From Candidatus Saccharimonadota bacterium (GTDB lineage: Bacteria; Pseudomonadota; Gammaproteobacteria; Enterobacterales; Enterobacteriaceae): a stretch of 32,000 nt of DNA. The notes under the pieces were generated by a model. The model was not told the DNA's origin. It worked only from the letters and a program-made list of their open reading frames with translations, and searched no databases. The position numbers and the translations under genes were made by a program. The DNA lies in assembly GCA_049942775.1 (NCBI GenBank), contig CP188087.1, forward strand, positions 120,001 to 152,000, given 5' to 3'. How positions within the stretch are numbered: position 1 is the first letter of the stretch; every line of letters starts with the position of its first letter. Below are positions 10,601 to 20,424 of the stretch, piece after piece.

Positions 10601-10905
10601 AATTGTAATGTGCAGTTCAGAGCAGTTTGTCCACCCATAGTAGGTAGTAAAGCATCTGGTTTTTCTTTTTCAATAATTTTTTTAACAATTTTCCAATGAA
10701 TAGGTTCAATATATGTTCTATCAGAAATTTCAGGATCTGTCATTATTGTAGCTGGATTTGAATTTACTAGAATTGTTTTATAACCCTCTTCTTTAATTGC
10801 TTTACAAGCTTGTGTTCCTGAATAATCGAATTCGCAAGCTTGCCCAATAATTATTGGACCTGCTCCTAAAATTAAAATTGATTTTATATCAGTACGTTTC
10901 GGCAT
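7678..10905 (-). CDS. carB: carbamoyl-phosphate synthase large subunit
   Basis: The 1075-aa ORF starts [36 protein letters not shown]. It shows the duplicated ATP-grasp architecture, with a second [19 protein letters not shown] block. E. coli CarB is 1073 aa. Confidence 0.98.
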   Translation of the reverse strand: MPKRTDIKSILILGAGPIIIGQACEFDYSGTQACKAIKEEGYKTILVNSNPATIMTDPEISDRTYIEPIHWKIVKKIIEKEKPDALLPTMGGQTALNCTLQLHKKNILSEHKVEVIGANIESIKKAENRKLFEKSIKKIGLNTARCGIAKNMNSAYSILEKIGFPCIIRPSFTMGGSGGGIAYSKKEFETICRSGLQTSPSQELLIDESLIGWKEYEMEAVRDKKDNCIIVCSIENFDSMGIHTGDSITVAPAQTLTDKEYQKMRNASIKILKEIGVESGGSNVQFAINPKNGKMIVIEMNPRVSRSSALASKATGFPIAKIAAKLSIGYTLDEIKNDLTEINMPAAFEPSIDYIATKIPRFNFEKFPGCNDRLTTQMKSVGEVMAIGRSFQESIQKAIRGLEIDHFGFDSIIDPSVPNFLKIIEYELKNPGSKRIWYIADAFRYGMSVQEVAILTNIDKWFLIQIYELIEIEKKIKTIKLKNINFNFFKHIKKKGFSDRRISTLLNTTESKIRKKRNEINLHPVYKRIDSCSAEFTSQTAYMYSTWEEECESHPDIHQKKIIILGSGPNRIGQGIEFDYCCVHAAQALQEEGYQAIMINCNPETVSTDYDTSNRLYFEPITLEDILEITRIEKPKGIIIQYGGQTPLQLANCLKKEGINIIGTQPESIDKAEDRNKFQSIVTKLNLKQPKNKTVKTMEEGLLQSKFIKFPIMARPSYVLGGKNMKIIFNKKELQKYFFNIKKIYKKDIPVLLDQYLENAIEIDVDAICDSNNVLIGGIMEHIEQAGIHSGDSACSLPTYTLNNEKKQEIREQVKKLALELNIIGLINIQFAIKNKNIYILEVNPRASRTIPFLSKATGLPLAKIALKVMCGVSLKKQKYTKEIKPSFYSVKEVTLPFNKFSGVNPFLGPEMRSTGEVMGIGMSFSEAFSKAILAAEFNMKKKGKVLISVQNSDKKNIINIAIKLINHGFELDATEGTSIFLKKHGILSRQVKKIQETSPNIKNYLKNREYSYIINTASMKTEKNNSKIIFFEAIKQKIHYDSTINGALATIMSLNKSPTKSVISIQELHKTIKK

Positions 10906-10915
10906 TTATTTTTTC

Positions 10916-12076
10916 TCATTTTTTTATATTTTTATGTTGTTTCATTAATTTAATAAAAGAATCGAATAAAGACGATGCATCATGAGGTCCTGGATTAGAT
11001 TCAGGATGACCTTGAAAACTAAGAACTGGTTTATTAGATATGGATAAACCTTGAATACTATTATCAAACAAAGATTTATGTGTAATTATTAGTTTTTTTG
11101 GAATATTTTTATAATCTACAGTAAACCCATGATTTTGTGATGTTATTATTATTTTTTTTGTTTTTATGTTTTGTACTGGATGATTGCTTCCATGATGACC
11201 AAATTTCATTTTTTTAATTTTTGCTCCAATGGATAATGCAATTAATTGATGTCCAAAGCAAATACCAAACATAGGTATATTAGTTTTTAAAAGCAATTGA
11301 ATAGTAACAATTGCATTTTTGCATAATCTTGGATCTCCTGGACCGTTAGAAAAAAAAATTCCGTCAGGTTTTAGTTTTAATACATAATTTGAATTTGTAT
11401 CAGCTGGAACAATTGTTAAGTTGCAATTTTTAAAATGCAACATTTTTAATATGTTATTTTTAATTCCATAATCATAAACAACTACATTAAATTTTTTTTT
11501 TGTTTTTTGTTTTTCTTTTTTTTTAATAGAGTTTATATTCCAATGATATATGTTTTTTGTAGTAACTTTTTTAGTTATGTCTATTTTTTTGATTGTTGAG
11601 AATTTTTTTGCTTTTTTCAGACATATATTATAATGATTATTAATATCATTTTTATTAGTTGCGAAAATACATCCGTTTTTAGATCCTGAATTTCTAAGAA
11701 TGTGAGTTAATTTTCTGGTATCAATGTCAGCAATAGCAATAATATTATTTCTTTTTAAATATTGATCTACATTTTCTTGAGTCTTATAGTGACTAGAATA
11801 AAAGGAATAGTTTCTTAAAATAATTCCTTTAACGTGTATTTTTTCAGATTCATAATCATCATTATTAATGCCGACATTTCCAATATGTGGATAAGTAAAA
11901 GTTATTATTTGTTCAGCGTATGATGGATCTGTAAGAATTTCTTGATATCCTGTCATAGAAGTATTAAAAACAACTTCTCCTACAGATTTTCCTATTGCAC
12001 CTATTGAAATACCGTAAAACACGGATCCATCTTCTAAAACCAACATTCCAGACTTATTCAAAGTTTTCTCCAACAT
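10916..12076 (-). CDS. carA: carbamoyl-phosphate synthase small (glutamine amidotransferase) subunit
   Basis: The 386-aa ORF contains GEVVFNTSMTGYQEILTDPSY, GICFGHQL and FQGHPE(S)NPGPHD motifs. It ends 10 nt upstream of the carB start. Confidence 0.97.
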   Translation of the reverse strand: MLEKTLNKSGMLVLEDGSVFYGISIGAIGKSVGEVVFNTSMTGYQEILTDPSYAEQIITFTYPHIGNVGINNDDYESEKIHVKGIILRNYSFYSSHYKTQENVDQYLKRNNIIAIADIDTRKLTHILRNSGSKNGCIFATNKNDINNHYNICLKKAKKFSTIKKIDITKKVTTKNIYHWNINSIKKKEKQKTKKKFNVVVYDYGIKNNILKMLHFKNCNLTIVPADTNSNYVLKLKPDGIFFSNGPGDPRLCKNAIVTIQLLLKTNIPMFGICFGHQLIALSIGAKIKKMKFGHHGSNHPVQNIKTKKIIITSQNHGFTVDYKNIPKKLIITHKSLFDNSIQGLSISNKPVLSFQGHPESNPGPHDASSLFDSFIKLMKQHKNIKK

Positions 12077-12209
12077 ATGTTAAGTATTTTCTTATTTAGC
12101 TAAATTATTTTTGAATATTTTTAGTTTTTTTAAATTTTATTTTTTTGTTTTAGTTAAATATTTGTATTTTTCTATGTTGATTTTTGTGATATTTTTAATT
12201 AATTTTTAA

Positions 12210-13007
12210 TTATATTAATTTTAAAACTTGTTGCATGTTAAATAATCCAGTTTTTTGTGATTGTAGCCAAACAGCTGCATCTATTGCTCCATTTGCAAAA
12301 ATTTTTCTGTTTATAGATTTATGAGTGATTTCTAAATATTCTCCTAGCAGTGAAAAAAAAATACTATGTTCACCACTAATATCTCCCATTCTAATGGATG
12401 AAATATCAATGTTTTTTGTTTTTTTAAATTTTTTATATATTGTGTCTTTTATTGTTTTTTTTAAAGTGATAGCCGTTCCTGAAGGGGAATCTATTTTTTT
12501 ATTATGATGATATTCAATGATTTTTATTTCAGATTTTTTACCAATAATTTTTGAAATATCTTTAATAACTTTAATTAATATATTAATTCCTATGCTAAAA
12601 TTAGAAGATAATACAACACCTATTTCTTTAGAAATGGTTTTTATTTTTTTTTCTTCGTTTTTATTAAAACCAGTAGTTCCTATAATTATTTTTTTTTTAT
12701 TATTTTTACAAAAATTAATATATTCCATTGTTTTTTTTGGATGAGTAAAATCTATTAATACGTCAAAATCTTGTTTTGATAATTCAAAATCAGAGCAAAT
12801 CTTAACATTTGTTGAACCTAATTTAAGCACATTACCAATATCCTTTCCTATGTATTTTTTATTGTTGGATGATATAGCTGTTGTTAAAATAGTTTGAGAA
12901 TTATAGTTATTTATTAGTTGTTTAATTAATATTCTTCCCATTCTACCTAGTGCTCCTGATATAGCAATTTTTATTATTTTGTTTTTCATAAGTTTCATTA
13001 GTATCAT
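12210..13007 (-). CDS. dapB: 4-hydroxy-tetrahydrodipicolinate reductase
   Basis: The 265-aa ORF contains IKIAISGALGRMGR (E. coli has RVAIAGAGGRMGR) and EIIE.HH..K.D.PSGTA. The start is ambiguous: in-frame ATGs at 13007, 12998 and 12989 all precede the Rossmann motif, and none has a clear Shine-Dalgarno sequence. Confidence 0.92.
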   Translation of the reverse strand: MILMKLMKNKIIKIAISGALGRMGRILIKQLINNYNSQTILTTAISSNNKKYIGKDIGNVLKLGSTNVKICSDFELSKQDFDVLIDFTHPKKTMEYINFCKNNKKKIIIGTTGFNKNEEKKIKTISKEIGVVLSSNFSIGINILIKVIKDISKIIGKKSEIKIIEYHHNKKIDSPSGTAITLKKTIKDTIYKKFKKTKNIDISSIRMGDISGEHSIFFSLLGEYLEITHKSINRKIFANGAIDAAVWLQSQKTGLFNMQQVLKLI

Positions 13008-13237
13008 TAATTTTATAATTTATAGGTTTATTTTATTAATTTATAGTTATTAGATTTACAAAAAATATTGAGATCTTTTTTATACTAAGATTTTATCTCT
13101 AAAGTATAATTTTTTATTTAAAAGTTAATTATTTATTTTTTTACATTTTTTTAGATTATTTATGGATGAATGATTTTAATTGTATAATATATTTTTATTG
13201 TAAAAGTAGTTTTTATTTAATTAAATAATAGATAGTT

Positions 13238-13708
13238 TTATTTATTTTTTTTTAATAAAATAAGTAACATTCCAAAAAAAATACAAATATCTGCAATATT
13301 AAAGTTAGGAAAGTGAAATTTATATATTTTTAAATCAATAAAATCTATTATATACCCGTAATGTATTCTATCTATTAAATTTCCGATTGCACCGCTTATT
13401 ATTAACAGATCGTAAAAATTTGTAGTTTTTTTTCTATTTAAATAAATAATATAAATTGAACATATAATAAAATTTAAAAAAAATAAATATTTTTTTTGTT
13501 GTGAAAGTAGACCAAATACAATTCCATAATTATGAACATGAGAAATATTTAAAATTGATAGAATATGTTTTGTTTGGTTCAAATCAATATTTTTATTGAC
13601 CCATTTTTTTGTTAGATAGTCAAACAAAATTATTATATAGTAAATTGAAAAGATCTTTATTTTATTCATTTTTTTATCTTTATTAGAAAAATAATCTATT
13701 TTCTCCAT
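13238..13708 (-). CDS. lspA: lipoprotein signal peptidase (signal peptidase II)
   Basis: This small polytopic membrane ORF contains HNYG(I/A).FG, GA(I/L)GNL(I/F)DR and FN(I/L)AD motifs as in E. coli LspA. The longest ORF (start 13708) overlaps the ileS 3' end by 26 nt. The alternative ATG at 13669 (MNKIKIFS...) removes the overlap and aligns about as well. Confidence 0.9.
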   Translation of the reverse strand: MEKIDYFSNKDKKMNKIKIFSIYYIIILFDYLTKKWVNKNIDLNQTKHILSILNISHVHNYGIVFGLLSQQKKYLFFLNFIICSIYIIYLNRKKTTNFYDLLIISGAIGNLIDRIHYGYIIDFIDLKIYKFHFPNFNIADICIFFGMLLILLKKNK

Positions 13709-16526
13709 TTCCTGTAGTATTTAAAATGCATCTAGGACAGATTTCTTGTTTTATTGAACAATTGTTATTATTATTTATATTAAAAAATTGACTTGAATAA
13801 TAATTCCAGCATCTTGGGCATTTTTGTCCGTCTATGTGTTTTATTTTTATTTTTAATCCAGCTATATTTTTATTTTCAGCAATTTCTAAAGGTGCTTCAT
13901 CATATTTTTTAATTTTTACGGAAGAAGTTAAAAATATAAATTTTAGTTCTTTTTTTGTTATTAAAAGTATTTTAAAAATCTTTTTTTTTACGTATAATGT
14001 TAGGGATGATTCCAAGGAATTTTTTATTATTTTTTGTTTTCTGTAAGAGTCTAAAATTTTATTTATTTCATTTCTGATTTTTATCAAATAGTTCCATTCT
14101 TGACTTTTTATTTTTTCTTTTTCAGACAAAAAGAATAAATTTTTATACCATTCTTGAATAAAAATACAATAATTGTTATTTTTAATATTGTCGATTTTAG
14201 ATAAATGATCCCAAATTTCATATGCCGTAAAAGATAAAATTGGTGCTATCCATCTGACTAAAGATTGTAAAATATGATAAAAACTTGTTTGACAACTTTT
14301 ATATGCATTACTAGTTTTTTTAGTAGTATATTGTCGATCTTTCGTTATTTCAAAATAAAACGAACTAAGTGTAATTGAGCAAAATTTAGTTATTTTTTGT
14401 ACAATTTCGTGAAATTTATATTTTGAATATAAAATTATTATTTTTGTTTGTATTTTTTTTGTTTTATCAATTATCCATTTATCTAGAAATATCATTTTAG
14501 ATGGGCAAATTAAATCCGTTGCTGGATTAAAATTATTTAAATTAGACAAAAGAAATCTTGATGTATTTCTAATTTTTTTATATATTTCAGAGAATTGTTG
14601 AATAATTTTTTCTGAAATAGCAATATCATTAGTATAATCGATAGAAGCTACCCATAAACGCAATACATCAGCACCTAGGTTCTTAATAATTTTTTTTGGA
14701 CTAATTGTATTTCCTTCTGATTTTGACATTTTTTTTCCTGACTCATCTACAACAAAACCATGAGTTAAAACAGAATGGTAGGGAGCTATATTTTTTATAG
14801 CAGAAAAAATCATTAATGATGACATGAACCATCCTCTATGTTGGTCAGAACCTTCTAAATAAATATCTGCACGTTTTCTATTTAAAAATTCCTGTCTATT
14901 TAAAATAGAAATTTGACTACATCCAGATTCAAACCAAACATCTAAAATGTCATTGTTTTTAACATAATAATGATGTTGTTCTCCTAAGAGTTCTTTAGGA
15001 TCTAGTTTCCACCAAGCTTCAATTCCGTGTTTTTTTACTAAAAGTGCTATCTTTTCTATTAATTCAACACTATTCGGATGGATATTTTTTGTTTCTTTAT
15101 GTATAAACAATGGAATGGGAACTCCCCAAGTTCTTTGTCTAGATATACACCAATCAGGTCGATTGTTTAACATAGAATAAAATCTAGATTTTGATGTTTT
15201 TGGTATCCAAGAAACGTTTTTAATAGATTCAATTGACGTGGATAGCAGACCTTTTTTTTTCATGCAAATAAATAATTGAGGAGTTGCTCTATAAATAATT
15301 GGTGTTTTATGTCTCCAACAATGTTGATAATTATGTTCTATAGGATCTATTTTTAGTAGATTTTTATTAAGTAAAGAAAATATTGTTTTTTCTGATGTAT
15401 TTATTTTATTTCCATCGAGTTTAGGATGTATATTTTTTATATATGTTCCATTAGAACTAACTAGATGAATTGTAGAAATTGAATATTTTTTACTTGCAAT
15501 ATAATCTTCTATTCCGTGATCTGGAGCAGTATGTACTAAACCGGTACCAATTTCTTCAGTTACATGATTAGACAAAATAATAGGTATTATATAATTTAAA
15601 AAAGGATGTTGAAATTTTATTAATTCAAGTTTTTTACCTTTTATCTCTCCTATTATCTTATATTGTTTTAATTTTATTTTTTTTATTGTTTTTGTAACTG
15701 TGTTTTTTGATATGATGTAAAGAAAATGTTTAGTTTCTATTAATTGATAATATTTATTTGGGTTTATTGATATTGCTTTACTAGCTGGTAAAGTCCATGG
15801 AGTTGTTGTCCATACAATTGCATATATGTCTTTTTGGTTTTTAACATTAAATTTTAATTTAAGTTTATTATTGTTGTTTGCTTTTATTTTGAAAAATATT
15901 GAGTATGATTTTTTTTTAAAATATGTTGTTTCAGCATCAGACAATGAAGATTCGCATTTAATGCACCAAGGTACAGGTTTTAATTCTTGATATACATGAC
16001 CATTTTTTATGATTTTTCCTATTGATTGAATAATTTGTGATTCTGATTTGTAATCCATGGTTAAATATGGATTTTCCCAATCTGCTAATACTCCTAATCG
16101 AATAAATTCTTTTTTTTGGATTTTGATTTGAGTTATTGCATATTTTCTACAAAGTTCTCTGAATTTTGTTTTAGAAATTTTAAATCCAGGTTTTCCTACT
16201 ATTTTCTCAACTTGTTGTTCAATAGGCAATCCATGACAATCCCAAGTAGGGATATATGGAGCATTATATCCGCTCATGTTTTTAGATTTTATGATTATAT
16301 CTTTTAAAATTTTATTAACAGCATGTCCCATATGAATATTTCCATTTGCATATGGGGGACCATCTTGCAAAAAAAATATCGGGTTGTTTTTTTTATTTTT
16401 TCTAATTTTTTTATATAAATTAGTATTGTTCCATTTTTTTATTATTTCTTTTTCTTTTTTAGGTAAGTTTCCTTTCATAGGAAATTTAGTTTTTGGAAGA
16501 TTTAAAGTGAATTTATAATTTTTCAT
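13683..16526 (-). CDS. ileS: isoleucine--tRNA ligase
   Basis: The 947-aa ORF carries the class I signatures HMGH (PPYANGNIHMGHA) and KMSKS (GKKMSKSEGN). It also retains a C-terminal CPRC...CPRC zinc knuckle. Confidence 0.98.
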   Translation of the reverse strand: MKNYKFTLNLPKTKFPMKGNLPKKEKEIIKKWNNTNLYKKIRKNKKNNPIFFLQDGPPYANGNIHMGHAVNKILKDIIIKSKNMSGYNAPYIPTWDCHGLPIEQQVEKIVGKPGFKISKTKFRELCRKYAITQIKIQKKEFIRLGVLADWENPYLTMDYKSESQIIQSIGKIIKNGHVYQELKPVPWCIKCESSLSDAETTYFKKKSYSIFFKIKANNNNKLKLKFNVKNQKDIYAIVWTTTPWTLPASKAISINPNKYYQLIETKHFLYIISKNTVTKTIKKIKLKQYKIIGEIKGKKLELIKFQHPFLNYIIPIILSNHVTEEIGTGLVHTAPDHGIEDYIASKKYSISTIHLVSSNGTYIKNIHPKLDGNKINTSEKTIFSLLNKNLLKIDPIEHNYQHCWRHKTPIIYRATPQLFICMKKKGLLSTSIESIKNVSWIPKTSKSRFYSMLNNRPDWCISRQRTWGVPIPLFIHKETKNIHPNSVELIEKIALLVKKHGIEAWWKLDPKELLGEQHHYYVKNNDILDVWFESGCSQISILNRQEFLNRKRADIYLEGSDQHRGWFMSSLMIFSAIKNIAPYHSVLTHGFVVDESGKKMSKSEGNTISPKKIIKNLGADVLRLWVASIDYTNDIAISEKIIQQFSEIYKKIRNTSRFLLSNLNNFNPATDLICPSKMIFLDKWIIDKTKKIQTKIIILYSKYKFHEIVQKITKFCSITLSSFYFEITKDRQYTTKKTSNAYKSCQTSFYHILQSLVRWIAPILSFTAYEIWDHLSKIDNIKNNNYCIFIQEWYKNLFFLSEKEKIKSQEWNYLIKIRNEINKILDSYRKQKIIKNSLESSLTLYVKKKIFKILLITKKELKFIFLTSSVKIKKYDEAPLEIAENKNIAGLKIKIKHIDGQKCPRCWNYYSSQFFNINNNNNCSIKQEICPRCILNTTGNGENRLFF

Positions 16527-16813
16527 TTTTTGTCTCTTACAAAATATTTATTTTTTTAAATTTTATGTATTAAAAAATACAATTTTGTGTAATTATTAAA
16601 CTAATAAAATATCATCTCATTAATGATTTGTATTCTAAATATAATAATAAATGAACATTAATTGAATAAAACTAAAATAATTAATTTTTTTGAAAAAAAT
16701 TAACTTTTTTGTAAAATTATTTTTATAAAATTTGTAAACTTAAAAAGTTATTAATTTATTAATAATACGTTTTATTATAATTTTTACAAATTATTTATTA
16801 ATAGGGTTTTAGT

Positions 16814-17089
16814 ATGGCTAACATAAAATCATCAAAAAAAGATGCAATAAAGTCTAGAAAAAAAAGAAAAATGAACATAAAGAAAAAATCTATGATCAAA
16901 AATATTATTAAAAAAGCAAATTTAGAAATAATAAAAGGAAAAAAAGAAAAAGCAGAAATTGTATTTCGAAAAATGCAATCTATTTTAGATAGATTTGCAA
17001 CAAAGGGGGTAATACATAAAAATAAAGCTGCTAGACATAAAAAAAACTTTTTATTAAAACTTAAACAGTTAAAACAAAATGCAAATTAG
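16814..17089 (+). CDS. rpsT: 30S ribosomal protein S20
   Basis: The 91-aa basic ORF starts MANIKSSKK (E. coli starts MANIKSAKK) and contains HKNKAARHK. Confidence 0.95.
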   Translation: MANIKSSKKDAIKSRKKRKMNIKKKSMIKNIIKKANLEIIKGKKEKAEIVFRKMQSILDRFATKGVIHKNKAARHKKNFLLKLKQLKQNAN

Positions 17090-17134
17090 CATTAAGTAAG
17101 ATTAATTAATCTAATATTAAGTGCATACTTGATG

Positions 17135-17174
17135 GTATTGCTTCCTATATTATTTATTGAAGCAATACTTTTTT
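17135..17174 (+). terminator. rho-independent terminator downstream of rpsT
   Basis: A 10-bp perfect stem pairs GTATTGCTTC (17135-17144) with GAAGCAATAC (17159-17168) around a 14-nt loop. It is followed directly by T6 (17169-17174). The hairpin lies 45 nt after the rpsT stop and abuts the dnaJ stop at 17177. Confidence 0.75.
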
Positions 17175-17176
17175 AA

Positions 17177-18325
17177 TTAACGATTCCTTGTTGTTAGATC
17201 ATCAAAAAATCTCTTTACTCCATCAAAGAATCTTTTAGAATGAGGATTGTTTCTTTCTCCTTTATATCCTCCTAAACTTTCTCCTAGCTTGTATAATAAG
17301 CTTTTTTGTTCTCTGTTTAATCGAATTGGAGTTTCTACAAATATTTTACAAAAAAGATCTCCTTTTTTTCTATTTCTAAGAGAAATAACTCCTTTTTTTG
17401 GTATTCGAAAAATTTTTCCAGATTGGGTTTCTGCAGGTATTTTAAATTTTACTTTTCCATCTAATGTAGGAACTTCTAAATTTCCTCCTAACGCAGCCAT
17501 ACAAAAATTGATGGGTACTTCACAATATAAGTCATTTTCTTTTCTTTTAAAAATTGGATGTTTTTTAACAGTAATATTTATGTATAAATCTCCAGATGAA
17601 GCATTATTTTGTCCAGCTTCTCCTTCTTTATTTAGTTTTATTTGATCATTAGTATTAATTCCTGCAGGAATCTTAATAGATATAGATTTAGGCTTTTCTA
17701 TTCTTCCACTCCCATTACAAGAAAAACAAGGATTTTGGATTACTGTTTTTTGACCTTGGCAAGTAGTACATGTTTGTTGTACAGTAAAAAATCCTTTTCT
17801 CATTTGTATTTTTCCAGATCCATTACAACTAGAACAGTTTTTTTTTCTAGTTCCTGGGGTAGCCCCACTACCATGACAATTATTACATTTTTGTAGTATT
17901 GGAATTCGAATAATTTTTTTTACTCCCTGTACAGCTTCTTCTAGAGTTAATTCCATATTGTATCTTAAATCTGATCCTCTTGAAGATCGTTGTTGTTCAT
18001 TTCCAAAGATGTCTCCGAATACGTCTCCAAAAATATCACTAAAATCAGATGTGGTTTCGAAAGTACTACTAAATCCACTACTATTATATCCTGAATTTTG
18101 TTGAAATGCATTATGGCCATATTGGTCATATGATGCTCTTTTTTTAGGATCTATAAGAATTTCATATGCTTCTTTAACTTCTTTAAATTTAGTTTCTGCA
18201 TTTTTATCTCCTTGATTCCTATCAGGATGATATTTTATCGCTAGTCGTTTATATGCTTTTTTAATCTCTCTATCACTGGATGTTTTTTTTATTCCTAAGG
18301 TATAGTAATAATCTTGTTTTGTCAT
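17177..18325 (-). CDS. dnaJ: molecular chaperone DnaJ (Hsp40)
   Basis: The 382-aa ORF has a J domain (DYY..LG...A...[17 protein letters not shown]), a G/F-rich linker, and four Cys-pair zinc-finger repeats. Confidence 0.98.
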   Translation of the reverse strand: MTKQDYYYTLGIKKTSSDREIKKAYKRLAIKYHPDRNQGDKNAETKFKEVKEAYEILIDPKKRASYDQYGHNAFQQNSGYNSSGFSSTFETTSDFSDIFGDVFGDIFGNEQQRSSRGSDLRYNMELTLEEAVQGVKKIIRIPILQKCNNCHGSGATPGTRKKNCSSCNGSGKIQMRKGFFTVQQTCTTCQGQKTVIQNPCFSCNGSGRIEKPKSISIKIPAGINTNDQIKLNKEGEAGQNNASSGDLYINITVKKHPIFKRKENDLYCEVPINFCMAALGGNLEVPTLDGKVKFKIPAETQSGKIFRIPKKGVISLRNRKKGDLFCKIFVETPIRLNREQKSLLYKLGESLGGYKGERNNPHSKRFFDGVKRFFDDLTTRNR

Positions 18326-18361
18326 GTTTTTAACGTTTTTCCTATACTATATATATACATT

Positions 18362-18392
18362 CACGGGTGGGAAGAATTATTCCACACCCGTG
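18362..18392 (-). promoter_or_regulatory. GC-rich bulged stem-loop in the dnaK-dnaJ intergenic spacer
   Basis: On the + strand, CACGGGTGGGAA (18362-18373) pairs with TTCCACACCCGTG (18380-18392). This gives 12 bp with one bulged A (18384) and a 6-nt loop. It lies 53 nt after the dnaK stop and 36 nt before the dnaJ ATG. No U-tract follows it on the transcribed (minus) strand. Confidence 0.6.
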
Positions 18393-18445
18393 TCATGGTG
18401 GAGTAACAGTTTTTTTTTTTACTTTTTTTTATAGAATAAATTTTT

Positions 18446-20362
18446 TTATTTTTTTGTATCTTTAACTTCTTCAAATTCAGCATCTACTACATTATCTTCT
18501 TTTTTTATAGAATCATTTTTTTTTTGATTAAAATTGTTAGAATTTTGATTTTCTTTTGTTTCTTGTAGCAATTGAGAAGAAATTTTTAACAGGTTTTGAA
18601 TGTTATTTTCAATTTCTGTTTTATTTTCTCCTTTTAAAGAATAATCTAAATTATTAATTGATTTTTGTATGTTATTTTTTGAATCTTCATTTATACTTGA
18701 TTCCATTTCTTTCAATTTCTTTTTAGTACTATGAGATAGTTGATCACCTTGGTTTCTTAGTTTGACTAGTTCTTCAAATTGTCGATCTGATTCTGAATTA
18801 GATTCTGCATCGGAAACCATTTTTTTAATTTCATCTTCGTTTAGTCCTGATGATGCTTTAATGATAATTTTTTGTTCTTTTCCAGTATTTTTATCTTTTG
18901 CAAACACGTGTAGTATTCCATCAGCATCTATATCAAATGTAACCTCTATTTGAGGTACTCCTCTCGGAGCTGCTTGAATACCATCTAAATTAAATTGACC
19001 TAAAGATTTATTATCAATTGATCGTTTTCTTTCTCCTTGTAATACGTGTATAGTAACAGCTGATTGATTATCTTCTGCAGTAGAGAAAATTTGACTATGT
19101 TTGGTAGGTATAGTAGTATTTTTTTTAATTACAGTTGTCATAATACCACCCATAGTTTCAATTCCTAAAGATAACGGAGTTACATCTAATAATAAAACGT
19201 CTTTTACACTACCAGATAATACTCCACCTTGTATAGCAGCTCCTACAGCTACGGCTTCATCTGGATTAACGTCTTTTCTAGGATCTTTTCCAAAAAATTT
19301 TGATACTGTTTTCTGAACCATAGGCATTCTTGTTTGACCACCTACTAAAATTACATCATTAACATCTGAAACAGATAATTTTGCATCTTTAAGTGCTATT
19401 TTTACTGGTTCAATAGACCGAAGTACTAAATCTTCTACTAAAGATTCTAATTTTGATCTAGTAACTTTAATATTTAGGTGTTTTGGTCCTGAAGAATCAG
19501 CTGTAATATACGGTAAATTCACGTCAGTTTGTTTAGCTGAAGAAAGCTCAATTTTTGCTTTTTCTGCTGCTTCTTTTAATCGTTGCATAGCTAAAGGATC
19601 ATTTCTTAAATCCATCCCTTGTTCTTTTTTGAATTCTTGTACTAAATAGTTTATGATTCTACTATCAAAATCTTCTCCACCTAAATGGGTGTCTCCATTT
19701 GTTGCTAATACTTCAAATGTTTTTTCTTGATCCACGTCATCAATTTCAATTATAGAAATATCAAAAGTACCTCCTCCAAGGTCATATACTGCAATAGTAC
19801 GATTTCCTTTGCCTTTATCTAATCCATATGCTAGAGCTGCAGCAGTTGGTTCGTTAATTATTCTTTTGATTTCCATTCCTGCAATTTTTCCGGCATCTTT
19901 AGTAGCCTGTCTTTGTGCGTCATTAAAATAAGCAGGAACTGTAATAACCGCTTCAGTAACTTTTTCCCCTAAATAATCTTCTGCTGTTTTTTTCATTTTT
20001 TTTAAAACTTCAGCAGAAATTTGAGGTGGTGCAACTTTTTTATTTTTTATATTTATCCAAGCATCTCCATTATTGGATTTTACAATTTCATAAGGCATGA
20101 TTTTAATATCACGTTGTACTTCTTCATCTTTAAAACGTCTTCCAATAAGTCTTTTTATTGCAAAAAGTGTATTTTTAGGATTAGTAATTGCTTGTCTTTT
20201 TGCAGGTTGTCCTACAAGTATTTCTCCTTCTTTTGTATATGCTATTACGGAAGGAGTAGTTCTTTCCCCCTCTGAATTTTCAAGTACTTTGGGTTGTTTT
20301 CCGTCCATTATAGCTATACAGGAGTTAGTAGTTCCTAAATCTATTCCAATAATTTTTCCCAT
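18446..20362 (-). CDS. dnaK: molecular chaperone DnaK (Hsp70)
   Basis: The 638-aa ORF starts [15 protein letters not shown] and contains the DLGGGTFD and [11 protein letters not shown] motifs. It is the same length as E. coli DnaK. A GAGGA Shine-Dalgarno sequence lies about 5 nt upstream. Confidence 0.99.
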   Translation of the reverse strand: MGKIIGIDLGTTNSCIAIMDGKQPKVLENSEGERTTPSVIAYTKEGEILVGQPAKRQAITNPKNTLFAIKRLIGRRFKDEEVQRDIKIMPYEIVKSNNGDAWINIKNKKVAPPQISAEVLKKMKKTAEDYLGEKVTEAVITVPAYFNDAQRQATKDAGKIAGMEIKRIINEPTAAALAYGLDKGKGNRTIAVYDLGGGTFDISIIEIDDVDQEKTFEVLATNGDTHLGGEDFDSRIINYLVQEFKKEQGMDLRNDPLAMQRLKEAAEKAKIELSSAKQTDVNLPYITADSSGPKHLNIKVTRSKLESLVEDLVLRSIEPVKIALKDAKLSVSDVNDVILVGGQTRMPMVQKTVSKFFGKDPRKDVNPDEAVAVGAAIQGGVLSGSVKDVLLLDVTPLSLGIETMGGIMTTVIKKNTTIPTKHSQIFSTAEDNQSAVTIHVLQGERKRSIDNKSLGQFNLDGIQAAPRGVPQIEVTFDIDADGILHVFAKDKNTGKEQKIIIKASSGLNEDEIKKMVSDAESNSESDRQFEELVKLRNQGDQLSHSTKKKLKEMESSINEDSKNNIQKSINNLDYSLKGENKTEIENNIQNLLKISSQLLQETKENQNSNNFNQKKNDSIKKEDNVVDAEFEEVKDTKK

Positions 20363-20424
20363 TTATTCCTCACTAATTTTTGATTGAAAAATCAATTTAA
20401 AATTAATTACATCTAATGTTTATT

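Noticed and set aside
17247-20387. Several + strand ORFs (60-132 aa) lie antisense to dnaJ and dnaK, and similar ones lie antisense to carB, dapB, ileS, nuoCD, nuoG, nuoH, nuoI and nuoJ.
   Set aside because: All are nested in strongly homologous genes on the opposite strand and have no motif content, so they are shadow ORFs.
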